Positions 30,056 to 49,774 of a stretch of 64,000 nt of DNA are shown here, in pieces; the first letter of the stretch is position 1, and each line of letters begins with the position of its first letter. A program made the translations under genes and the position numbers. The notes below the pieces were generated by a model. That model was not told the origin of the DNA. It saw only the letters and a list, made by a program, of their open reading frames with translations, and made no database searches. The DNA is taken from assembly GCF_009914755.1 (NCBI RefSeq), contig NC_060948.1; one strand, written 5' to 3'. The stretch is from the human T2T-CHM13v2.0 reference genome, Homo sapiens.

Positions 30056-30849
30056 TTTATTACCAGATGCTAGGAAGAGTAACAGTGGGTTGATGGAAAG
30101 TAGGGATAGGGAAAGGGTACAAAAACTGTTAGAATTCAAACCTCAGAAAACAAAAGTCAGATGTTGTCTATAAATTTGTAGATACTCTTTATGATTTTAT
30201 CACCTACTGTGTATCATCAAATAGGGTTTTATTTAATTTTTTACCTTTCACACTTTCTATCATAAAAAGATAAATTGGTATATTCAGTTTTTTTTCTCCA
30301 GGTTGTCAAAGACTTGTTATTTTTTCTCTCATGTAAGGAACATAGGAGCCATAATTTCCAGCTGTACAAGAGAACATATGACATAAATTGTAAACAACTC
30401 TTCTCAGATTCATCAGTAACTTCAGATCAAATGGAATATTCTTAACCCCAATTCAGATTAAAAACAGATGAACACATAACTTCAAAACTTATCTGTGCAT
30501 TATAATTTCTCAGTTTACAAACCCATAAGCATGAACATCTGCATGAACCAGTACCAAGATAGAAAAATCCAAAGTGTAACTGGCAAATAAAGGTTGAGTG
30601 CAGACAAACGTGACACTATAAAATAACAGAGAAACCAGACTTAGGGAATCTTCATAAGCTTATGAGTTTTATATACTTAGGTATTCCAGATTAGCAGTGA
30701 AGATTATAGAAAAATCCCTTTATGCTTTTGGTAGGGGGAGTGGAAAATATTCCTGGGTAAAGTTAGCCATTTTAAACTATTCTCAGGGCGTTCTTAGCAT
30801 CCGTGGTGGTCTACACTCACTTTGTTTTTTTCCTGTCTCCAGAGGTGGT

Positions 30850-31500
30850 CACTCTCCCTAATTTTGTAGATATTCTTTATAACATTATCGTTTTGTATCA
30901 AAAATAGTGTCTTCTTAATTTGTCTTCTTTTCACTTTCTATGAAAGTAAATTAATCGATTCGTATCTCTGGTTTTGGCCCCCAGGTTGTTTCATGCCTGC
31001 TGGCGTCTAAGGCTTGAGTTATCCACTTTTCTCATTTATTCCACTTACTGTAGGATTTAAATTGTTTCAATTTTATATTTGGTTATGTAAAATGGTTTGC
31101 TTGTAATACTTGTTTAGGTTTCCAAATGCTTATGCATAAATAGTAAAATATACATTAGAGAAAACTAGTTGGGTTGTAGATTTTGGGAAATCTCAAGGTT
31201 ACCAGAAATTTCCAATAAAGTGTATGAAGTTACCCTTCCATCATTTTGCACATACATTTATTTATTAAATTGGAATTATGTAATGTATTAATTTTTGCCT
31301 ATCAGTATGTGTAAAATGAGATCACATTAGATTTTAAGTTTATTTTTTACTAATTAATGCTGAGACTGATCATTTTTAAATATAGTCTCACACTTCTAGA
31401 TAATGGTTTCAGTCATGTTGTCATTGTTCACTATCTTGTTTCTTTCTCATGATTTTTAAATATAGTCTGGGCATTTATTTTCATGTTTGGTTTTAACTGA
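30850..31500 (-). mobile_element. Very old L1ME-like fragment
   Basis: Degenerate L1 3' motifs (tgtatgaagttaccct, aaaatgagatcacattagattttaag, tgagactgatcattt). Confidence 0.45.
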
Positions 31501-32345
31501 TGTTTTCAACTCATTAAATTAAACACTATGAAGTGCTAATGCTAAATCATTTGTCAGATAAGGTTTTGTTCATAATACATTGCCAACTGTCTTTGAACAT
31601 GGGCATATCAACTTGAATTCACAACAGAAATAAAGTACTGTTTTGTCTTTTACTCTGGATTTTTGGAATTGTTTGTGTTGTGTTTTGGAATTTAGACATT
31701 CTAATAGTTGTTTAGTAATACTAATTCACCAAACATTATAAAAATAATAAATGTCTTAAAAAGCCAAATTTTTTCAAGAACAAGATGAGATCATGATGAA
31801 TATAACTCAAAGTTTTTAAAGTACAATAATTCTGACTGTATGGTATTAGCAAAGGAAATTCATAAATAAACCAATGGAAATCAGAAGTGTCTTTGAACAG
31901 ACAGATGTATTTGGTAATTTGACTTAATAGGCATGGCAAAATAAAGGCAGAAATGAGTTTCACATTAATACATAGGTAGAAAAAACTTTGGTCTAAGCGA
32001 AAAATATGCACTCTCTTCCCATCTATGCTGAGGGAAAAATAGTTTATTATAGATATAAATGTGACAGGCAAAGCTAGAACGTATTTATAGGTCCTAGAGA
32101 AATAAATTTACTGCATGATATTACATAGTGTACTTTATTGGTATCCTCATGGAGTACCTTAACAGCTTTTCCCGTCATTATTACCAGCATCATATTAACT
32201 CCACAAAACTTGTTTTGGAAACTCAGAAATTGTGTTATTTTGCTGACATTCTCTTGCAAGGAAATTGAAAAGATAACCTTCACATGGGGTACAAATACTT
32301 GTCACAGAAACTTTTATTTAGAATAACCTGTTTTGCCTCCACTAG

Positions 32346-33803
<1,458 letters not shown>

Positions 33804-33957
33804 ATTCAAGTATGCTCAATAAAAAAAGTATGATAGGTAAAAATTTTAATAGTCTCTTCACTCATCTCAGTGGATATACAGCTTATCACCTGTAATTCAT
33901 GCCCTTCACTCTATAAATGACTGTCACATACTGTAAAAAGTGTATCTTCAGGACTAT

Positions 33958-34336
33958 TGACATAATTTGCTTTGTCCCCAAATCTTATCTTGAATTGTAA
34001 TTCTCTGTTTCAAGGGAGAGGCCTGGTAGCAGGTGATTGGATCATGGGAGTGGTTTTCCCTCATTCTCTTCTTGTGATAATCTGATTGTGAGAGCTCTCA
34101 TCATGAGTTCTCCTGAGATATGATGGTTTTACAGGTGATTGGTTTTCCTTCTTTGCTTACACTCTATCCTGCTGCCTTTTAAAAAAGGAGATGTTTGCTT
34201 CCTCCTTTGCCATAATTTTGCGTTTCCTGAGGCCTCCCCAGCCATGTGGAATTGGGAGTCAATTAAACCTCCTTTATTGATTAACTAACCAGTCTCAGGT
34301 AGTATCTTTATAGCAGTGTGAGAATGAACTAATACA
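33958..34336 (+). mobile_element. Solo MaLR LTR (THE1D/MSTA-like)
   Basis: tgacataatttg...atagcagtgtgagaatgaactaataca; TSD actat/accat. Confidence 0.9.
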
Positions 34337-36016
34337 ACCATCATGTGGTTTTCCTCTCCAAGTAGACTCTGGAGGACGTTGGTGCTAAGCCTGAACTGGG
34401 GAGGACTATGGTTCTTTTAGACTGAAGTCAAGAAATTAAGTACAAGGTACTCTGTTGATTACAAGAATCAGATGTGTATACTCTATGCAATACCTCTTAC
34501 TATATAGAATAATTGCATTGCAAATACCAAATTTTTATACATACTGAAAAGTTATTGTTTTTTCTGATATTGTTTTTGAATATTAGATATCAAATCAAAT
34601 ATTGTTAAGTATTGAAAATAACTTAAAAATTAAACTTTACTTTGGTGCCTGAATTTATATTTGATAAATCTCATAATCCCAATTAACATAAACAAACCCT
34701 GGGATCTAGGAATCCCAGGATTAGTATACCACCTACTAAACATGGTATAGACATAGGAGAGTTGGAATAGAAAAAAAAATGAGTAATGCATTTTGGTCTG
34801 AGTGTAAAGGTAAATTGTGTCCTAAGTGACAGCATCAAAATATAAATCTGACGGAACATCTCAGATTAGTATAAACAGTTACTGCTTGTCCTTCGTCTGA
34901 AAGTGAAGTTCCTTAGAACTCTTAGAAATAGACAATACATATTAAGTTCATCTTCCTTATTGGCACTTCCATCTTAGAATATCCTTAATATTGTAAACCA
35001 CAAAACATATATATAATCATAGAAATATTGAGGGAAACAACACCATTAAAAGGACCAAGAAACAGTCATTAATCACAAGGTTGATGGGTTTAGATTTGGT
35101 TTTATAAAAGAACTATAATGAAAAAAATTATTTACAAATAACTATGTGTGTGTGTGCACGCGTGCTTGGCCTAAGTATAATGTAAAAACATCCCAGAAAA
35201 AGTAGAAATAACGAATTTAGAGAATTTCCTTTATGGTAGAAGAATGCTATATAGTTCACCTTTGCAAAACATTACCTTATGACATCATTATTTAAATAAT
35301 ATTAAAGTATTAAAAGCAAACTAATATTTTGCCCAAATTAAAAACAAACATAGAGAAGTGTGATTAAATTCTGGGGAATTTGTTCACATTCACTGAGCCT
35401 TAAAAGAATTGTTTATAAATTGATAAAATTAGTTAATAATTTAAATGTAATATCCAAAAATAACAAATTTCATCTTAAAATCCATACATTTATATGCTTA
35501 TATTAATCTAATTTATACGTTATCCAGAAACAGCTCCTGATTAGTTATCATTTAGTGAGATAAAGAAGGAAAATATAACAGACTTACAGAAATTATTCAG
35601 GAAAACCTGCCTTCTCCAACCACCTCAGTCTTGAGCATTTGCTGTTACTGAAACTGAGAAAAAGACACACAGCTGAGTCTTGGGGTTATTCTGTGTATGT
35701 AAATTATGGTCCCAAGGACATGGTATAAGGAAGGAATGCCACTGGTTTATCTCCCTCCAGGTCGATAACTATCAAGCTGTCTGTAGAAGCAGAAGAGCTC
35801 TAACTCTGTGACTGTTAGGAAGAGCGGACACCAAAGGGAAAATTGAACTTATCTAATTAATGGCAAACAGGAGAGTAGCAACAGCTGGATTCCAAACTTT
35901 ATATGAGTTCATTTTCTTAGGTATGTATACCAGGTTTCTTGTCTGGTCACAGCTCTTGGCAACAAAACATATGTTAAACAATAACTCTGACTCAATCTAA
36001 AAAAAAAAAAATCATC

Positions 36017-36340
<324 letters not shown>

Positions 36341-36894
36341 TCATGTTGGATTATCCAGTATATCCTCCTTATCTCAGCAGATTTCTGGTGGCCTTCACAC
36401 AGGTTCTCTAGTGGTCCCTGGATTTCAGGGTCATAAGTAGTTTTTATACCAGTATCTTAAAAATAAATACAATGACCCGTGCTCCAGACCTACATATGTG
36501 AAGAGCTTTTTTTTTTTTTTTTTTTTTTTTTCCCTAGAAGGTGAAACCCACCCTGAGTCAGGGCACCTAGGAAAGGAAGCAGAATGCAGACGTCTTTTTT
36601 TTTTTTTTGCTGTATCTCAGCCTATTGAGGGAGGTGTATTTTGGGAGACAGGAAAAAAACTTCCACTCAGGCAACATGGAGAGTTGTAATTTGCAGTGTC
36701 TTTACCATGTTACCTTATTTCAACTTGAACATCTAAGGTCTCATAGAGGATCTTCTGTGACCCTATGCTTCAGCCTCTTCTGTTACTTATACTCACAGGA
36801 AAGTTTCACTTTAAACACTCGAATTTACACTGTGTGAAATAATATGATTTGAGCACCAGAGGCAACTGTTTTATATGCTTCTGCAATGAACATC

Positions 36895-36984
36895 AACCAC
36901 ACATTTGTTTGGAGTATTCTTCATTTCAACCCTAACATTAACCACACATTTGTTTGGACTATACTTAATTTCAACCCTAACCTT
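36895..36984. repeat. 45-bp tandem duplication (2 copies)
   Basis: aaccacacatttgtttgga(g/c)tat..tttcaaccctaac at 36895 and 36940. Confidence 0.9.
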
Positions 36985-38239
36985 AATGATAACTGACACA
37001 TTTGTGAGACTTTTTAAAATAAAATATTGTCTGCTTTTAAAGGGATCAGTTTCCGTCACTGAACATATGGATCTTTTTCCAGGACATAATGTTTAATTAT
37101 ATTTGACTTTAGACTGGTGTCCCTCTCATGTGCCATTTTTGATGCTCTAACAAATTCTTCATTTGGATAAAGTCAGAATCACTCTCCCCACTTCTACAGT
37201 TTCTAATTATAATTCTTTCTGCCATCTTCAACCTAGTCCACTATCTGTCATCACTATGACACTGCTGCCCAACATAGTCATCATTCTTAGGTCTTGAATT
37301 CTTTTTCTGCATAGAAGATTTTTAACTCCTCCCTTATGTGTGTATATGCATGTATTTCAGTTCTCAAAAAAAAAAAAAAAACTGTCCACCAAGAATTCTA
37401 TACTCATTGCATGTAAACTTCATATTCAATTGACAGAAAACTGAGATGCTTCATTAATAGCACGCAGACTTTATGGAAAATACTGGAAAACAGTTGTTCA
37501 TATAAAGAGCAAATACTCCCAGAAAATAATTTATATGAATAAGAAAGACAAAGAGTACTGTTAAAGCAACTTGTAAGACAATTTTGTGACTATTTCCTGT
37601 TTTAACTGATTTTACAAACAAATATATGATGCTGTTTATAATAGTATCCTTGGTGCTAAGTCATATAGAAATTCAATGTAATTGCAAATAACAACCTAGG
37701 GGAGGTAGATAAAAGAAAAGGCATATTTGGCTAAAAAATATGTTCAGATAATAACTTGAATCCATAAACAATGAGAAAAAAATTGGAAAACAGGAAAACT
37801 TAACATTTCAAAATTGTAAATATGTAAATGTTCTTCTTTCTTCTTTATGCTTATTTAAAACAAACATATATAACCAAGTAACTGTTAAGAACAGGTTTTT
37901 CAATTTGTAGCATGTCTAAATGCAATAAGTATAACATTACTGCCACAAAAATGAGGAAAAGGGAAATAAAGATGTACAAGAGTGACATTTCTATAAGAAG
38001 AATATAGAAATAAGATGCAATATTTTAGTACCTGTATACATTGTGTAATAATCACATTAATATAATTAGCGTGTACCATTATCACATATCAATCACAAAC
38101 AAAACAATACTTTAAAATAATACTGAAAATCCATTGTATAAATTAAAAGTCATAAGAAAAACTTTCACTTAATGGAAATAAAAAACAGTAAAGGTGAAAT
38201 AAAGAATAAAAAAAGAACTAGAAAACAAAAAGTAAGTGT

Positions 38240-38960
38240 GCCCATGTGTTACAATCTCTCCAGTACACCACAACATAACAGTCTCTTATTGTGAAATATC
38301 GCCCATAGTTTTTTTGGTCAAAGGTGTTTCTATGTTAGTTCTAATTTACGTATCAGAGTAGTTCCAGGCATGCTTTTAGACACAAAGGACAAAGTCGTTT
38401 TTCTGTTGAGCCTCATTCTGTTTCGTGAGTAGCCAGAGGTTTGTGCTAGCGTCCTTATCTGTGCCTGCAGGCTGATTTTTCAGGCTGTTTCTCTGTTTAA
38501 AGAAGTTTAATCAAGACTCATCCTAACTACCTAATGTTTCTCTCTCACATGCACAATGGGTAAATATATGTAACTTCTATCTCATGTTCACCTTGAGGCA
38601 GGGTTTTAGCAATAAAGATAAGACAGAATTTTGCTTTTATATCAAAGGTGAATTATAGAATACAGAGATAGTTTGTGTATAATCTGTACAAGCTAATTGA
38701 AACTGGCAAGGGCCACAGTCTCTAATTGGAAGAGTGTTTGTAAGGTCACCCACTTTCCAGTCAGCATTTCAGTAATTTGGGTTTTAAATTTGAGTAAGGA
38801 TGGGGGTCTGAAAATTTGACTAATGGCTCCTATTGTTAGAGAATATAATGAGAGTGTGTTTTGTCTTGTAGCTCTAAGAATTTAGAAATTTGCCATGCCA
38901 TCCAGGCCATGAACTTTAAACTCACAGATAACTTTTGGTAACCTTAGTGCCCTTCTGAAT
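38240..38960. mobile_element. Probable degenerate ERV1 LTR plus internal fragment
   Basis: tgt...tttctctctca bounded LTR-like ~300 bp followed by ERV-internal-like sequence; family not recognised. Confidence 0.35.
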
Positions 38961-39331
38961 TAATAAGAACACAAGTTAGATCACATCTAAGGAGAACTCA
39001 CAGCAATAAATTTCTTTCTTAAAAATGAAGAAAAATCTCAAATCAATGGCTTAATATTTGTCAAAAACATTTAAGTGATAGTGAACTGCCAAGCAAACCT
39101 GGTGCAAAGGTTATGATTTGGAAAAAGTCATGCTGGAAAACTCTAGGAGGAAATACTGGAGAATAAGACCCTTGGAGGGAATTTCAGAGGCCCAAGGCAG
39201 AGGAGGACCAGGTTTGGTAAGGAAAGACCAAGGAAGATCTTCGGCTCTCACTAGTCTTTGACCTTCAAATTCTGCACAGAAAGTAAAGGCAAAGGCCAAG
39301 TACTTTCTGGCTGACTGGCAAAGGCCTGCCC

Positions 39332-39334
<3 letters not shown>

Positions 39335-39379
<45 letters not shown>
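39335..39379. repeat. (CA)n microsatellite
   Basis: About 22 uninterrupted CA units. Confidence 0.97.
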
Positions 39380-39380
<1 letters not shown>

Positions 39381-42065
39381 CTTCAGGCCAATATCTCTGA
39401 TGAACATAGATACAAATTAAATCTAGCAGCCTATCCAAAAGCTAATTGTTTATAGACAAGTAGGATTTATCCTTGGGATGCAAGGTTGATTCAATGTATG
39501 CATATTAATAAATCTGATTCATCACATAAACAAAACTAAAAATAAAGATGTGATTATCTCAATAGATGCATAGAAGGTTTTAGGTAAAATTTCACATACT
39601 GTTGGGTATGGTGGCTCATGTCTATAATCTCAATACTTTAAGAGGCCTAGGCAGGTGGATTACCTGAGGTCAAGAGTTCGAGATCAGCCTGACCAACATG
39701 GTGAAACCCTGTCTGTACTATAGATAAAAAAACTAACTGAGTGTGGTGGTGCATGCCTGTAATCCCAGCTACTTGGGGAACTGAGGCAGGAGAATTGCTT
39801 GAATCTGGGAGGTGAAAGTTGCGGAGCTGAGATCGTACCATTGCACTTCAGCCTGGGCAACAAGAGGAAAATTCCATCTCAAACAAAAAAAAAAAAAAAA
39901 AGGAATTTATATCCCTTTAGGTTGAAAACCCTCAACAAAGTATTATAAGAACATAACTTGTTTTATTAAGAGCAACTTTTGACAAATTCATAGTCAACAT
40001 CATAGTGATGGAAAAAAAAGCTAGAAACATTCCCTCTGAAATCTAGAACAAGACCTGGATGCTCATTCTCACCACTTCTATTGAACCCAGTCCTGGAAAT
40101 CATGGTAATCAGCCAAGAGAAAGAAATGGAAAACAGTCAAATAGAAAGAGAAGAAGTCATACTGATTTTCTTTACAGATTATGTAATTCTACACTGAGAA
40201 AATTCAATAGTCTCTGCCCAGAGGCTTCTAGAACTGACAAACAACTTCTGTAAAATTTCAGCATAAAAAAATGAACATAGATGCAAATTGAATCTAGCAG
40301 CCTATCCAAAAGAAATTCTACTGATATACAAAAATCAGTAGCAATTTCACAAAACAACTATTTCCAACTGAAAGCCGTAACAAGGAGGCAATTCTACTCA
40401 CAATAGCCACATAAAGAATAAAATACCTAGAAACACAGATAACTAAGGAGATAAAAGATCTCTACAGTGAGAATTACAAAACACCTCAAAAGAAATTACA
40501 GATTACAAACAAATGAAAATGCTTTCCATTTTACTTTCCTATCCTATCCTTAATAGATAGGAAGCATCAATATTGATAAAATGGCCATACTGTTCAAAGC
40601 AATTTACAAATTCAATGCAATTCCTATCAAACTACCAGTCTCATTTTTTGCATAATTAAAAACAAATTCTAAAATGTATATAAAACCAAAAAAGAAGACC
40701 AAGCAGTCAAAGCAATTCTAAGGAAAAACAAACAGACAAACAGCTGGTACCGGTACAAAAATAAAGACCTAGACAAATGGAATAAGTTACAGTGACCAGA
40801 AATAAAGCTGCAAAACTATTTTGTCCAAGCCAAAAGTAACAAGCAATGAATAAACATCCTCCTATTCAATAAAGTGTTTGTGAATAACTGGCTAGCCATA
40901 TGCAGAATATTGAAACTGAACTTCTTCATTTTAGTATGTACAAAAATAAAGTCAAGATAAATTAAAGAATTAAATGTAAGCCCTAAAACTAGAATAATCC
41001 TGGGAGAAAATCTAGGAAATACCATTCTGGATTCCTAGGCAAATATTTCATGACAAAGTCTCCAAAAGTAGTTGCAGGAAAAACAAAAATGGACTTGAAG
41101 GACCTAATTATGTAAAAGAGATTCTTCAGAGCAAAAGAAGTTATCAACAAAATAAGCAGACAAACCTAGAGAATTGGGTAAAATATGCAAACTATCCATC
41201 CCACAAAGGACTGATACATAGAGTCTATAAGAAAATAAGAAAAATGTGGGCAAAGGATATAAGGAGACACTTCTCAAAAAATATATATATATATGCAGCC
41301 AACAAACATGAAAAAAAATTAAAAAGCTCAACATCCCTAATCATCAGAGAGAAGTAAATGAGACCCATAATGAGATACCATTTCCTGCTAGTTAGAATAA
41401 ATATTATTCAAAATTCAAAAAATAACAGATGGTGGGGTTGTGGAGAAAAGAAAATGCTTATACACTGTTGGTGGAAATGCAAATTTTTAGTAGTTCAGCC
41501 ACTGTGGAAAACTATTTGACATTTTCTCACAGAACTTAAACCAGAAGTACCATTTGACCTCCCCAAAAAACTCATTACTCAAAGTAATATAAATAGTTAT
41601 ACCCAAAAGTCACATGAACTAATGTGTTCGTTGCAGTACATTTGCAATAGCAAAGACATGGAATTACCGAAAATGCCCATCAAAGGTGGGCATTATACAC
41701 AATGGACTACTGTGCAGCTATAAAATATATATCTCTATGTGTCCAACTTAGATGCAGCTGGAGGCTGTTATCCTGAGCACATTAAATGAGAAACCAAAAA
41801 CCAAATACCATATATCTCATTTATAACTAAGAGCTAAACATTGAATACACATAGACACAAAAAGGTGAATACATCCTGGAACATACTTGAGAATGGAAGG
41901 TAGGAGGAGGGTAAGCGTTTAAAAAACTACTTATCAGGTACTGTCCTACTACCTGGTTGATGAAATTATTTGTAAATTAAACGTCACTGGCACAAAATTT
42001 ATTCTGGTAACAAATCTGCACATCTACTCTTTGAACCTAAAATAAAAGTTAAAAAAAAATTAAAT
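39380..42065 (+). mobile_element. L1PB/L1MA-like 3' half, interrupted by an Alu
   Basis: Diverged ORF2 RT-to-C-terminal sequence, 3'UTR ending ttgaacctaaaataaaagttaaaaaa. Confidence 0.88.
39601..39901 (+). mobile_element. AluS-like
   Basis: Dimeric Alu with poly(A) inside the L1. Confidence 0.93.
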
Positions 42066-42070
42066 AAATA

Positions 42071-42398
42071 GGCTGAGTGTGGTGTCTCACATTTGTAATC
42101 CCAGCACTTTGAGAAGCCAAGGTGGGTGGATCACGAAGTCAGGAGATTGAGATCATCCCAGCCAGCATGGTGAAACCCATCTCTAGTAAAACATAGAAAA
42201 TTAGCTGGGCATGTTAGTGAATTCCTGAAATCTGAGCTACTCAGGAGGCTGAGGCATGGGAATCACTTGAACCTGGAAGGCAGAGATTGCATTGAGCCAA
42301 AATAGTGCCACTGTACTCCAGCCTGGTGACACAGCAAGACTTCATCTTAAAAAAAAATAAAATTAAAAATAAATACATACATAAATAAATAAATAAAT
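42071..42398 (+). mobile_element. AluS-like
   Basis: ggctgagtgtggtgtctcac...; tail decays into (AAAT)n. Confidence 0.93.
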
Positions 42399-43478
42399 AG
42401 GAAGCATTATTTACTATAAAAAATTTTAGAATAAAAATCTTCAATTTTAAAATGGTTTTGCAAAGTAATATTCCTAATTCCTAACATTCAGTATGCGATT
42501 ATGTACATTTATATATGAGAGAGTACAAATGTGGTAAGATACTAATGATTTGGAAACCTGGGTAAATAAAATATAAAATCTTAAAATACGTTTCTCATAA
42601 TTTATCTGTAAATTTGAAATTCAAAATAAGTTACTACAGTTGGTCAATCCAAAATGGAGTAGTCATAATAATAATAAGGTAATTAATAAGTAAACCAAGG
42701 ATGAAGGATATTTAGAGCTTCAGGAGGTAAGGCTATATAAAGTCTTTAGGGAGTGCAGCAAATTGAATTAAATTCTGAATTGTACATAGGGTTTTTATAA
42801 TAAGAATAGAGGGAGAAAAAAGGGAGTTTCTGTTCACATAAACAATAACAAAATATTTTAGAAATGAAGACGTTGTGCTTGGAAAATCATAAGTAGACTG
42901 GGTAGGCTGGAGTGGAGAGCTCATGGTGAGAAATAAGTAGGAGATGGGTTGAAAATATGAAAGAGCTCAGAGCATGAATGGTGCATCAACATAAAGCAGA
43001 ATAAATTAGGGTTTGACCTCATTTTCATTGGAGTTTACAGAGCAAAATTGCAAGAATAGCAAAATGGAGAGTAATTACTTCATTTATTAAAAATTTTATT
43101 TGTTGAGCTTTTTGTTTTTAATGCAACCTTAAGCAAGAAAATGTGTCAAGGAAAGCAAAATAGAGAATAATGACTTCGTTTTTTATTTTCTTTGTTCAGG
43201 TTTTTGTCTTTAAAGCAACTGTACCTAAGAAAATATGTCAATTAAAGCTTATCATCAGTTTAATGTTACTCTAAGACCCTCATTATTTTGGGACAACTTC
43301 ATCTAGTAAATAAATATACATTACATACTTACTACAGTTTATTGAGCACTCTCAAACCAAAATTCACCTAAGCTTTTTAAACTTGCTCTTCTTTCTCAAG
43401 GAAAACTTCTTCCAAAAGGAAATTATATTTATTTCATTTCATTTCATTTATTATCTTTTTGGTTTTAAAGAAATAGCT

Positions 43479-49619
<6,141 letters not shown>

Positions 49620-49774
49620 AAAGAAATAGCTTTAGGTTTTAATTTTAGAAACAATTAAGAATTCAGACTTATTTATTTATGATAAGGATAGTTTTGGTTT
49701 GTTTGTTTTTTTTTAATCCAAATCTAGTTACAGATTTTCCTTGCAAATTTCTCCACAAGTGTTTTTTTAAAAGA

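Noticed and set aside
31736-32326. Adjacent hydrophobic ORFs (111, 69 and 62 aa)
   Set aside because: Partly antisense to a decayed L1, AT-rich, non-ATG starts and no recognisable domain.
36925-36985. Telomere-like aaccctaac motifs
   Set aside because: Single hexamers inside a 45-bp duplication; no (TTAGGG)n array.
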